Below, one piece after another: positions 42,471 to 50,856 of a stretch of DNA of 50,856 nt. Every line of letters begins with the position of its first letter. Within the stretch, counting starts at the first letter, position 1. The notes beneath the pieces are model-generated. The model saw only the letters and a program-made list of their open reading frames with translations. It searched no databases and was not told the origin of the DNA. Source of the stretch: Synechococcales cyanobacterium VAR_4_metabat_354 (GTDB taxonomy: Bacteria > Cyanobacteriota > Cyanobacteriia > Cyanobacteriales > Chamaesiphonaceae); the NCBI GenBank assembly GCA_031414775.1, contig JANOQI010000009.1, forward strand, positions 1 through 50,856. Reading direction: 5' to 3'. A program made the position numbers and the translations under genes.

Positions 42471-43421
42471 ATGGCAACAGAACTAGCGATTCGGACAGAA
42501 GGCTTGACCAAACAGTTTGAGCGGCACATTGCCGTCAATGGTGTAGAGCTACAAATTGAAGCTGGTGAAGTATATGGGTTGATTGGCCCCAACGGGGCGG
42601 GCAAAACGACTCTGATGCGGATGCTAGCGGCGGCTGAAGAACCTAGTACTGGTGAAATATATATCAATGGCGACAGGTTGCGGCGGGATCAAAGCAATTC
42701 TCAGCTCAAAAGACTGCTGGGCTACTTGCCCGACGATTTTCCGCTTTATGATGACCTGACGGTCTGGGACTATCTCGATTACTTTGCACGGCTCTATCGG
42801 ATCGATCGATCCAAACGTAGCCAGCGCCTTTATGATGTGCTGGATTTGGTGCAGCTCCACACCAAGCGCAACAGTAAGATTGCTGGTTTGTCGCGGGGGA
42901 TGAAGCAGCGGCTCAGTCTAGCCAGAACGATTATTCATGAACCATTATTGCTATTACTAGATGAGCCAGTATCAGGACTAGATCCGATCGCCCGGGTGCA
43001 ATTTCGGCAGATTGTAAAAGTTCTGCAAGAAGCGGGCATGACAGTGCTGATTTCTTCTCATGTTTTAAGTGACCTAGCCGAACTCTGTAGCTCCGTCGGC
43101 ATCATGGAACTAGGCTACCTAGTGGAAAGCTGTAGCCTCGATTCGCTCTATCAAAAAATGGGGCGGCAACAAATTTTGATCACCAGCTTGGGCGATGTCG
43201 AGGCTCTGATCACGGAACTGCGCGGCAATTCGTTGATAGAAGATCTAGAGATTGTCCCTGGTACCAAGCAAGTCAAGGTGTTCTTTCAAGGGGATGAACT
43301 AGAAGCCGCTGACTTATTACGCCATCTCATTAACAGAGGTCTGCCACTGAAAGACTTTTATTGTACCCAAGAAGATTTGGAAACTATCTTCTTAAAACTC
43401 GGACACCAGCAAGCTTCATAG
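42471..43421 (+). CDS. ABC-2 type transporter ATP-binding protein
   Basis: GPNGAGKT, LSRGM, LLLDEP, SSH; ATG 42471 preferred. Confidence 0.93.
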   Translation: MATELAIRTEGLTKQFERHIAVNGVELQIEAGEVYGLIGPNGAGKTTLMRMLAAAEEPSTGEIYINGDRLRRDQSNSQLKRLLGYLPDDFPLYDDLTVWDYLDYFARLYRIDRSKRSQRLYDVLDLVQLHTKRNSKIAGLSRGMKQRLSLARTIIHEPLLLLLDEPVSGLDPIARVQFRQIVKVLQEAGMTVLISSHVLSDLAELCSSVGIMELGYLVESCSLDSLYQKMGRQQILITSLGDVEALITELRGNSLIEDLEIVPGTKQVKVFFQGDELEAADLLRHLINRGLPLKDFYCTQEDLETIFLKLGHQQAS

Positions 43422-43455
43422 GATTTACACAGTAGGAAAAGGCTAGGACAAAACG

Positions 43456-45105
43456 ATGTGGAACGTAGATAAATTGATCGATCGAGTGGGAGATTGGAAT
43501 GCCCAGCTATTTAGGGAACTGAAAGGTAGAGCTACTTCTAGAAATATATTTTTGGCGGCTGGGCTATCGATCGGTGGCCAAATTTTGCTGTTGTCTACCT
43601 TTATATTGCAATTACCCACAGATCCACCACCTGGAGCTAGTCGCAGTTCACAAACCTATTGTGTTTTGGAAAGTATTAAGGTCAGTAATAGTAATGGTGG
43701 ATTTTACGATCAGAAAGTCTGTCAGCTCAATGCCCTTGGCCAAGTCAGTACAGACTGGCCGCATTGGTGGGCAAGTGTTTTATCAGCGATGTCTTGGTTA
43801 CTACCAGTTTTGTTAATAACCAGCGGTGTTTATCTACTGGCCACCGATCTGCGTCGGGAAACCAAACGGGGTACCCTCAATTTTGTGCGGCTCAGTCCTC
43901 AATCAGCGGCTGAGATTTTCAGGGGCAAACTCCTCGGAGTACCAGTACTAGTATATTTAGCAGTAGCAGTAGCACTACCACTTCATTCCTTCGCAGCGAT
44001 AAGTAGCGGTTTTGGTCTGATCAATGCCTGTACTTGGTATGCATTGATAGCAGCTATGGCCAGTGTATTTTATATCGCCGCCATGTTTCTGACTTTGGCT
44101 AGTCCAACGGTGCCAATTGTCACTGCTGGTCTAACTTTGTGGTTGAGTAGTTCGATGCTATCTTTGACCAATTGGTTATTATCTGCGACGGTCAGTTCTG
44201 ATCCTTCGCGTTCTTTTCTACCTCAGCTACATTGGTTCTATCTACCGATCACACAGAATCTATTTTCTTTTTATCTATTTGGAATTGGTAATTGTTTAGT
44301 TGCTATCTATTGGCTCTGGCAAAGCATTTGTCGCCGTTATCAAAATTCAAATGGTACCTTACTCTCCAAAAAGTCTAGTTATCAGCTCAACATCTGTTTA
44401 CAAATGTGGTTAGTGGGGTTTGGACTGCCGCTCTTTACTGGTAGTCATTCCTCGTCCAGTTTAGTGATTTTCTTAGGCGGAGTATTTTTCTGCCAAATCT
44501 GTGCCGCTTTGGTAACGATCGGACTGCTCACTCCCCAGCGCCAAGCCATTCATGACTGGAGTCGCTATCGACGAACCAGTGAAAGAAAGAAACTATGGCA
44601 GCGCGATATTTGGCAAGATTTACTGGTGAATGACCAAAGCCCAGCTGTACTAGCTTTAGCAGTGAATCTGGCAATTGCTCTAGTTGTCTGGTTGCCTTGG
44701 TGCCCATTTGCTTTTACCAATGGGCAAATGGCGCTGAAGACTGGAGTCTCGGTAGTAATTACAGCAGTTTTAATTTTGAACTATGGGCTACTTATCCAAA
44801 TGTGGCTGATCACCAAAAAGAAGTGGCCACGGCAGCAGGCTCTGGCCTTCATCACCCCATTAGTAATATTGCCTTCGAGTGGTGCCATGTTAGCAGCGTT
44901 AGTTGGCAAGCAATCGATCGCCAGTTTTATCATCGCCATCGCCTCACCGCTGGCTGTATTTGGTGTTTCTCAAATCAGTTGGTTGCAGATGTTGTTAGGA
45001 GCCGCCATCCAATCAGTAGTATCAGTATTAGCAATCGCTAGTCTCCAGCGCCAAATTCGCAAAATAGGTCAGTCCGAAACTCAAACCTTTTTGAGTGCCA
45101 TTTAG
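43456..45105 (+). CDS. ABC-2-like permease, large multi-TM protein (paralogue 1)
   Basis: NAQLFRELKGR, E.KRGTLNFVRLSPQ...GKLLGVP. Confidence 0.75.
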   Translation: MWNVDKLIDRVGDWNAQLFRELKGRATSRNIFLAAGLSIGGQILLLSTFILQLPTDPPPGASRSSQTYCVLESIKVSNSNGGFYDQKVCQLNALGQVSTDWPHWWASVLSAMSWLLPVLLITSGVYLLATDLRRETKRGTLNFVRLSPQSAAEIFRGKLLGVPVLVYLAVAVALPLHSFAAISSGFGLINACTWYALIAAMASVFYIAAMFLTLASPTVPIVTAGLTLWLSSSMLSLTNWLLSATVSSDPSRSFLPQLHWFYLPITQNLFSFYLFGIGNCLVAIYWLWQSICRRYQNSNGTLLSKKSSYQLNICLQMWLVGFGLPLFTGSHSSSSLVIFLGGVFFCQICAALVTIGLLTPQRQAIHDWSRYRRTSERKKLWQRDIWQDLLVNDQSPAVLALAVNLAIALVVWLPWCPFAFTNGQMALKTGVSVVITAVLILNYGLLIQMWLITKKKWPRQQALAFITPLVILPSSGAMLAALVGKQSIASFIIAIASPLAVFGVSQISWLQMLLGAAIQSVVSVLAIASLQRQIRKIGQSETQTFLSAI

Positions 45106-45132
45106 GTTTCAACCACCTCTAAGGAGAATTTT

Positions 45133-46764
45133 ATGTTGAATAGTTTGCTCGATCGTATCGGTGAATTTAATCCCCAATTAATGCGGGAACTAAAAAACCG
45201 CCTAAGCTGGCGAAATGCGGGGATTACGATATTGCTATCGATCCTAGTGCAGGGGATTATCATGGTTGGTCAGTATTCTAAATTACCTGTTTTGATTCCT
45301 AGTAAAAATGCACCACACTACTACTCGAACGAAGTGTATTGCTTTAGGAACATTAATCAATATTCTAGTACTTCTCCTTTCCCCAGTAATTGCAAACTTG
45401 ATGCTTTTGATAATGTCTTAATTAACTGGCCAAAATGGTGGGGTGATACTTCCCTGATAATTAGCACTGTGATGTTTATGGGACTATTCGCTGGTGGAGT
45501 CTATCTCTTAGCTAGTAACTTTAGCCAGGAGGAACGGCGTGGTACCTTAGATTTTATTCGGCTAACTCCCCAGCCCGTTGGCAGTATTATGGGGGGCAAA
45601 TTGGCCGGAGTGCCAATTTTAGTCTATTTGGGTACGGTCTTAGCTTTGCCGCTCCAAATTCATGCTGTACATGCAGCCCAACTAGCCAGAATCAATGTCT
45701 TAAGCTGGGATTTACTGATGGTGAGCATGGGAATATTGCTATATTTAGCAGCAATATTGACGACGATGTGGTTCAAAGCTCAGTCGATTCTGTTGGCTGG
45801 TCTGACTTTGTGTTTGGGCTATCCATTAATTTATATGAGCCTCATGTGGTACGGCAAAGGTAAAAATGAAGGTATCTATTGGTACGGTTTACATCTGGGT
45901 AACCAGGTCTTTACTTACCTGCTGTTTACTGGTGTAGCTAGTGTTGGGATTTACTGGCTATACCAAGCTACGCGCCGACGTTATCTGAAACCCACTGCGA
46001 CTGTTTTGAGCAAAAAGCAAAGCTATGTTTGGTCGGGGATGTACCATCTAATTTTAATAGGATTTGCTATTAATAATGGATATAACTATGGTGAGACCAA
46101 GGGTATTAAATTTCATCTGCCATTTGTTTTAGATAATGGAGACAGCTTTTGCAATTTGATTATTAGTACTTTTGCCTTTAGTTGGCTAATGTTACTAGTA
46201 CCATTATTGCTACCTAATCAGCAGTCTTTGGTGGAATGGTCTCGGCAACGCCCGGTTAGTGTTAGCAAAGGTCGCAGCCTCTTGGCTGATTTGGTAGGGC
46301 ATGACAAAAGTCCGGCGATGTTGGCAGTGGCAATTAATATGGCGATCGCTACTATCATTTGGCTACCACCTAGCCTATTGATTCACAGTTTTGATCGAAT
46401 GATTCCTAAAATGTTACTAGGTATTGGGATGAGTACAGCTTTGGTTGTTATTTATAGCACCACTGCCCATTGGTGTTTGTTCTGGAAAGTGAATCAGCGT
46501 CATGCTTGGACGGCGGGTATTATTGGGGGTTTGGTCTTTTTGCCAGTGGTCTTTGGGGCATTAGTTAACGCTGGTAGTAGTGCTAATCCGGCCTTCCTAT
46601 TCTCGCCATTCCTCTGGACTGTTATTCGACAAGTGCCTGGATTCGTCAGCTTTGGCGTTTTTGGAGCCTTGTTGGGTGCAATGATTTGGTTAAATTTGCG
46701 ACTATGGCGAATTCTTAAAAAAATCGGGCGGAGTGAAAGCTTCCAGCATTTAGCGACAGCCTAA
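45133..46764 (+). CDS. ABC-2-like permease, large multi-TM protein (paralogue 2)
   Basis: NPQLMRELKNR, EERRGTLDFIRLTPQ...GKLAGVP. Confidence 0.75.
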   Translation: MLNSLLDRIGEFNPQLMRELKNRLSWRNAGITILLSILVQGIIMVGQYSKLPVLIPSKNAPHYYSNEVYCFRNINQYSSTSPFPSNCKLDAFDNVLINWPKWWGDTSLIISTVMFMGLFAGGVYLLASNFSQEERRGTLDFIRLTPQPVGSIMGGKLAGVPILVYLGTVLALPLQIHAVHAAQLARINVLSWDLLMVSMGILLYLAAILTTMWFKAQSILLAGLTLCLGYPLIYMSLMWYGKGKNEGIYWYGLHLGNQVFTYLLFTGVASVGIYWLYQATRRRYLKPTATVLSKKQSYVWSGMYHLILIGFAINNGYNYGETKGIKFHLPFVLDNGDSFCNLIISTFAFSWLMLLVPLLLPNQQSLVEWSRQRPVSVSKGRSLLADLVGHDKSPAMLAVAINMAIATIIWLPPSLLIHSFDRMIPKMLLGIGMSTALVVIYSTTAHWCLFWKVNQRHAWTAGIIGGLVFLPVVFGALVNAGSSANPAFLFSPFLWTVIRQVPGFVSFGVFGALLGAMIWLNLRLWRILKKIGRSESFQHLATA

Positions 46765-46824
46765 ATTAACCAGTACAACATTGATTGCGTCTAATATTGC
46801 AATGTCATTCCCTTAAATACTGAC

Positions 46825-46854
46825 AAAAAAGCGATCGACTGTTAATCGATCGCT
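46825..46854 (-). terminator. Terminator whose stem is made of two CGATCG sites
   Basis: Minus strand AGCGATCGA-N7-TCGATCGC then T6. Confidence 0.75.
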
Positions 46855-46880
46855 CTCACTCACAAACACTAAACCTGTAA

Positions 46881-47180
46881 CTATTGGCCGACAGGTACCG
46901 CAGTGACATCGACAACTTGAGCTGTGCTGGCTACGTTCGGCTCAACGACCCGATTGCTTTTTTCTTTCAGCTTAGCTGTAGCTATCTGAGACAGCTCTGA
47001 TACCAACATGCCGATTAGCACAGTGTCGTCTAACCAGCCCACGATCGGCAAAAAGTCAGGGGCAATATCAAGTGGACTAACAAGATAAACGACTGAGGCT
47101 AGAACCACCCACCAACGATACTGGGGGTTTTGGAGCAGACCACGATACCAGTTGTAGAGAGATTGAAGGGAGAAGTTCAT
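46881..47180 (-). CDS. YkvA/DUF1232 family protein
   Basis: YLVSPLDIAPDFLPIVGWLDD. Confidence 0.9.
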   Translation of the reverse strand: MNFSLQSLYNWYRGLLQNPQYRWWVVLASVVYLVSPLDIAPDFLPIVGWLDDTVLIGMLVSELSQIATAKLKEKSNRVVEPNVASTAQVVDVTAVPVGQ

Positions 47181-48979
47181 GTCTTGATTTACTTGCTTAG
47201 TTCAACAATTACAATATTCGCAGGTATTTTTGTAGTCATGGTTAGGTAAACATCACCTCCCCAGTCGTGGATACCGCCAGATCTCATTAATCAGATCCCA
47301 CTAAGGGGATAGGTTTCGTTGGTGAAGATAGGTAGAAAGCGATCGCATTGGATTGAAGAAAGTGCAATAATCGCCTCAAAATCCGATAAAATATAGAGTC
47401 CTCGCTCCCTACTGAGACTCTAAGACTTTGACTCCAGCCGAACTGAAAAAATTAGAAGCGAATCTGTGGCAGAGTGCCGATACGCTACGGGCGAACTCGG
47501 ATCTAAAATCGAGTGAGTATGCCACGCCTGTATTGGGGCTGATCTTCCTCAAGTTTGCTGACAATAAATACCGTCAGTATGAGGCAGAGATTCAGGCGGA
47601 GTATGAGAAGCTATTAGGCGGAAGACGAGAAAAACCGATCGCGGAGATAGCCTTAGAGAAGTGTGGGTTCTATCTGCCTGATGATGCGCGGTATGACTAT
47701 TTATTGACTCTGCCAGAGGAAGAAAACATCGCTCAGGCATTGAAGGCGGCGATGGGATCGATCGAGCATTAATAAGCCAGAACTCCAGGGGGTATTGCCC
47801 CAAGATGAGTATTTCCGGTTGGTGAGCGATAAGGATCGCAGTATTCCCCAGCGGTTACTCAAGAATTTTTCGGATATTCCCGCCGATGCTACGGGGGATA
47901 TGTTCGGGCAGATTTATCAGTACTTTTTGGCTGAGTTTGCCCTGGCGGAAGGGCAAGGTGGGGGAGAGTTTTTCACGCCGGATTCGGTGGTGCGGCTGAT
48001 GGTGGAGATTGTCGAACCTCGGCGGGGTAAATTACTAGATCCGGCTTGTGGTTCGGGGGGTATGTTCGTGCAGTCGGGGCGGTTTATTCAGGAGTACGCT
48101 GAGGAACAGGGCACCGATATCAATGATTTCTTTGTCTATGGGCAGGAGAAGACGCTGGAGACGGTGAAACTGGCAAAAATGAACATTGCTGTCAATGGTT
48201 TGAAAGGCGATGTCAGACAGGCAAATACCTACTATGAAGACCCGTTTGGGAGTCTGGAAGAGTTTGATTATGTCTTCGCTAATCCGCCGTTTAATGTGGA
48301 TGAGGTGAATGTCAGTAAGATCGAGGCTGATAAACGCTTTAATACCTATGGCATTCCCCGCAATAAGACGAAGGGGAAGAAGGGGGATGAGGGTAAGGAG
48401 ACGGTGCCCAATGCCAATTATTTGTGGATTAATTTATTTGTGACATCGCTCAAGCCCGATGGTAGGGCGGCGTTGGTGATGGCAAATTCGGCATCGGATG
48501 CGCGACATTCGGAGGCGGATATTCGGCAAACGTTAATCGAGCAGAATCTGATTTATGGGATGCTGACGCTGCCCTCGAATATGTTCTACACGGTGACGTT
48601 GCCTGCGACGCTGTGGTTTTTTGATAAGGGCAAGACTGATGACAAGATTTTGTTTATCGATGCCCGTAATATTTTTACGCAGATCGATCGAGCGCATCGG
48701 GAGTTTTCACCGGAGCAGGTGAGCAATCTGGCGGTAATCGGTCATTTGCAGCGCGGGAAGCGACATCGGTTTATTCGGCTGATCGATCGCTATTTTCAGC
48801 AGGGCTGGGAGAAGTTACTGGAGAATCAAGCTCAGGTTAAACCTGTGTCAGAACAGTTAATCGCGGTGCTAGAGGATGGTACGGGGGATTTGACGGGGAA
48901 ACAGGCTGCGGTTGATTTTCTGGAGTTATGGGATGAATTAGGGGCGTTGGAGGAGCAGTATCAAGGGTATTTGCAGAAT

Positions 48980-49096
48980 TACCGTGGATACACAAGTCTG
49001 GATAGCGGCGAAAACCCTCGAAATCCCCCTAAATCCCCCTTGGAAAGGGGGACTTTGAGAGCAAGCTTTTTAAGGGGGTTGGGGGATTTAGATCTA
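48980..49096 (+). repeat. Palindromic REP/MITE-like element read in frame inside hsdM
   Basis: TACCGTGGATACACAAGTC...AATCCCCCTAAATCCCCCTTGGAAAGGGGGACTT...TTTTTAAGGGGGTTGGGGGATT; boundaries approximate. Confidence 0.7.
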
Positions 49097-49526
49097 GAGG
49101 GGAGTAATCAGGAACAGCGGCAACTTAGCGCGGTATTTGAGACGTTTTTTGTCGCTTTGCACAAGGGGCTGAAGCGGTTAGATAAGACGGTAAGGGCGCA
49201 TGAGGCGGCGTTGGTAGAGAAGGCAAAGCAGGAGAATAGTGGTAAACGGACGCAGATCGATTGGCAGGTGAAGGCGTTGAAAACCACGCTAGAACAACTT
49301 CATACTGAGGTGAAGTCGGCGGAGTCGTTTTTCGCTCATATTCGCTGGCTACAGGAGCGGTTCCCAGAGGCGAGATATGAGGATGTGACGGGGTTGTGTA
49401 AGTTGGCGACTCCGGCGGAGGTGAAGGAGCAGGATTATTCACTCAATCCTGGGCGGTATGTGGGGGTGGTGATTGAGGAGGATGGCAAGACTGAAGAGGA
49501 GTTTATCGCGGAGATTTTAGATCTCG

Positions 49527-49594
49527 ATCGAGAATTGGCAAAGTTGAATCAAGAGGCGCATTTGTTGGAGGGGATTATTAGTCATAATATTAAA
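49527..49594 (+). repeat. 68-bp direct repeat, copy 1 (hsdM 3' end)
   Basis: 62/68 identical to 50410-50477 by hand alignment. Confidence 0.9.
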
Positions 49595-49651
49595 CAGTTG
49601 GCTGGAGATTGACGATCTCTAGAATTGTAAATTTAGTAGAGGGATGTAAGT

Positions 49652-49954
49652 ATGCAAACGATCTCAGCTAAGGTAAAAGTCAATGCCGATCGCACGGTGA
49701 CTGTACAACTTCCTGCTGATGTGCAGATAGGTGAATATGATGCTGTGTTGGTATTGAGTGGTCGTTCTGAATCAACAGTAGTACAGGAGTCAAATCCTGC
49801 TGAAGGCGAACAGCAAGATAATTTGATGACTGAGGCTTGGGAGAAATGGGTAGCAGAGGTGGAACAATTGCCTTTGTCGTCAAATACAATCCAACCAGGT
49901 GATTATCATCAACATTTGATTGAGAAGTATCGCAAGCAAGGTTTAATCCTATGA
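49652..49954 (+). CDS. Probable antitoxin
   Basis: Small protein with beta-rich N-terminus (VQLPADV..GEY.AVLV) and acidic middle; ATGA overlap with the PIN gene. Confidence 0.7.
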   Translation: MQTISAKVKVNADRTVTVQLPADVQIGEYDAVLVLSGRSESTVVQESNPAEGEQQDNLMTEAWEKWVAEVEQLPLSSNTIQPGDYHQHLIEKYRKQGLIL

Positions 49955-50361
49955 TTTTGTGTGATACGGGGGTTTTGCTTTGTTTGGTCGATCGTTCCCA
50001 ACCTCAACATTCTGCTTATATCAAGGCGATTGCTTGGCTGGAAAAACCCCTAATTACGACTTGGGCTTGTCTTGCTGAGGCAATGTATCTGGCACAGAAA
50101 CGGGGTGGTTGGCAAATGCAAAAGCAGATCTCTAAATTTCTTTTGAGTAGTCTATTAAAAATTCATGAAATTCAAAGTGATGATTACGAGCGACTGTTTG
50201 CACTAATGGCACAATATCAAGATCGCCCGATGGATTTAGCTGATGCTACTTTGGTTTTAACTGCTGAGAAAACAGGCGTAAATCAAATTCTTACGCTTGA
50301 TTCTGATTTCCTGTTTTATCGGATTGTCGATCGAGAAAGTTTCAATATTATTCAGGTGTGA
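49951..50361 (+). CDS. vapC: PIN-domain (VapC-like) toxin
   Basis: ILCDTG, LAEA, MDLADA, TLDSDF acidic residues intact. Confidence 0.88.
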   Translation: MILCDTGVLLCLVDRSQPQHSAYIKAIAWLEKPLITTWACLAEAMYLAQKRGGWQMQKQISKFLLSSLLKIHEIQSDDYERLFALMAQYQDRPMDLADATLVLTAEKTGVNQILTLDSDFLFYRIVDRESFNIIQV

Positions 50362-50409
50362 TTTTGTTTAATTCTATTATTCTAATTTATTTACTTCAAG
50401 CTATGCGTC

Positions 50410-50477
50410 ATCGAGAGTTGGCAAAATTGAATCAAGAGGCGCATTTGTTGGAGGGGATTATTGCTCATAATGTCAAA
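50410..50477 (+). repeat. 68-bp direct repeat, copy 2 (orphaned hsdM 3' end)
   Basis: Reads RELAKLNQEAHLLEGIIAHNVK, continuing AITGDL* with its TGA overlapping the hsdS ATG. Confidence 0.9.
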
Positions 50478-50494
50478 GCGATCACGGGGGATTT

Positions 50495-50856
50495 ATGAGT
50501 AAGTGGGATATTATAAGAGTTAATGATCTAGTTCTTGAAAATGAAGCTGATCTCCAAACTGGGCCTTTCGGAACGCAGCTAAAAGCGAGTGAATATGTCG
50601 CTGATGGCATACCAGTTATAAATGTTAGAAATATTGGTTACGGCTCACTTATTGATTCAAAACTTGAGTTTGTTAGTGAACAAACTGCTATAAAACTGAA
50701 AGTACATAGACTTGCCCAAGGAGATATTGTTTTTGGTAGAAAGGGTGCAGTAGATAGACACATTCTAGTCACACAGAAGAGTGAAAAATGGATACAAGGT
50801 TCTGATTGTTTAAGACTAAGAATCAAATCTAAAGATTTATCTAATAAATTCCTTTC
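50495..50856 (+). CDS. hsdS: Type I R-M specificity subunit S (partial, runs off window)
   Basis: Hand translation MSKW...QTGPFGTQLKASEY...GIPVINVRNI...GDIVFGRKGAV; follows hsdM; absent from the ORF track. Confidence 0.88.
   Translation, partial: MSKWDIIRVNDLVLENEADLQTGPFGTQLKASEYVADGIPVINVRNIGYGSLIDSKLEFVSEQTAIKLKVHRLAQGDIVFGRKGAVDRHILVTQKSEKWIQGSDCLRLRIKSKDLSNKFL

Larger units (their letters stand above)
47428..49612 (+). pseudogene. hsdM: Type I R-M methyltransferase subunit M, frameshifted as sequenced
   Basis: LW..AD.LR, GLIFLKF, EFFTP, DPACGSGG, NPPF. An extra A at ~47771 (TAT to TAAT) splits it; removing it restores IEHYKPELQGVLPQDEY. Confidence 0.85.

Noticed and set aside
50638..50826. 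62-aa minus-strand ORF
   Set aside because: Antisense to the partial hsdS

Overview
Chromosomal window from a cyanobacterium. Evidence: cyanobacterial atp1-atpB-E-F2-F-H-A-G operon, rbp, a PatA-type regulator and a FurA-like protein. CGATCG is very frequent and TCGATCGA is conspicuous, which would fit a Chamaesiphon-like lineage (inference). Housekeeping genes (valS, gcvP, yidD, atp) are mixed with: (i) a Gly-tailed lipoprotein plus glutathionylspermidine-synthase-like ATP-grasp pair; (ii) Mn/Zn uptake genes with a ManR-type box; (iii) several genes related to phytol salvage and lipid acylation; (iv) a ~7.4 kb iron island holding two separately transcribed uptake systems (two-domain multicopper oxidase + HhH-domain lipoprotein + FTR1; and EfeU + EfeO split into two lipoproteins + EfeB) plus a Fur paralogue; (v) an ABC ATPase with two paralogous permeases; (vi) a type I R-M locus whose hsdM is frameshifted, carries an in-frame palindromic repeat, and is separated from hsdS by a PIN toxin-antitoxin cassette flanked by a 68-bp duplication of the hsdM 3' end. 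Several remnants missed or misread by the ORF track were found by hand translation: TauE, TnpB zinc ribbon, RarA N-terminus, ABC ATPase C-terminus, and a multiply deleted FAD oxidoreductase. They indicate deletion-driven erosion. No rRNA, tRNA or CRISPR array was seen. All family assignments come from motif recognition, not from database searches.
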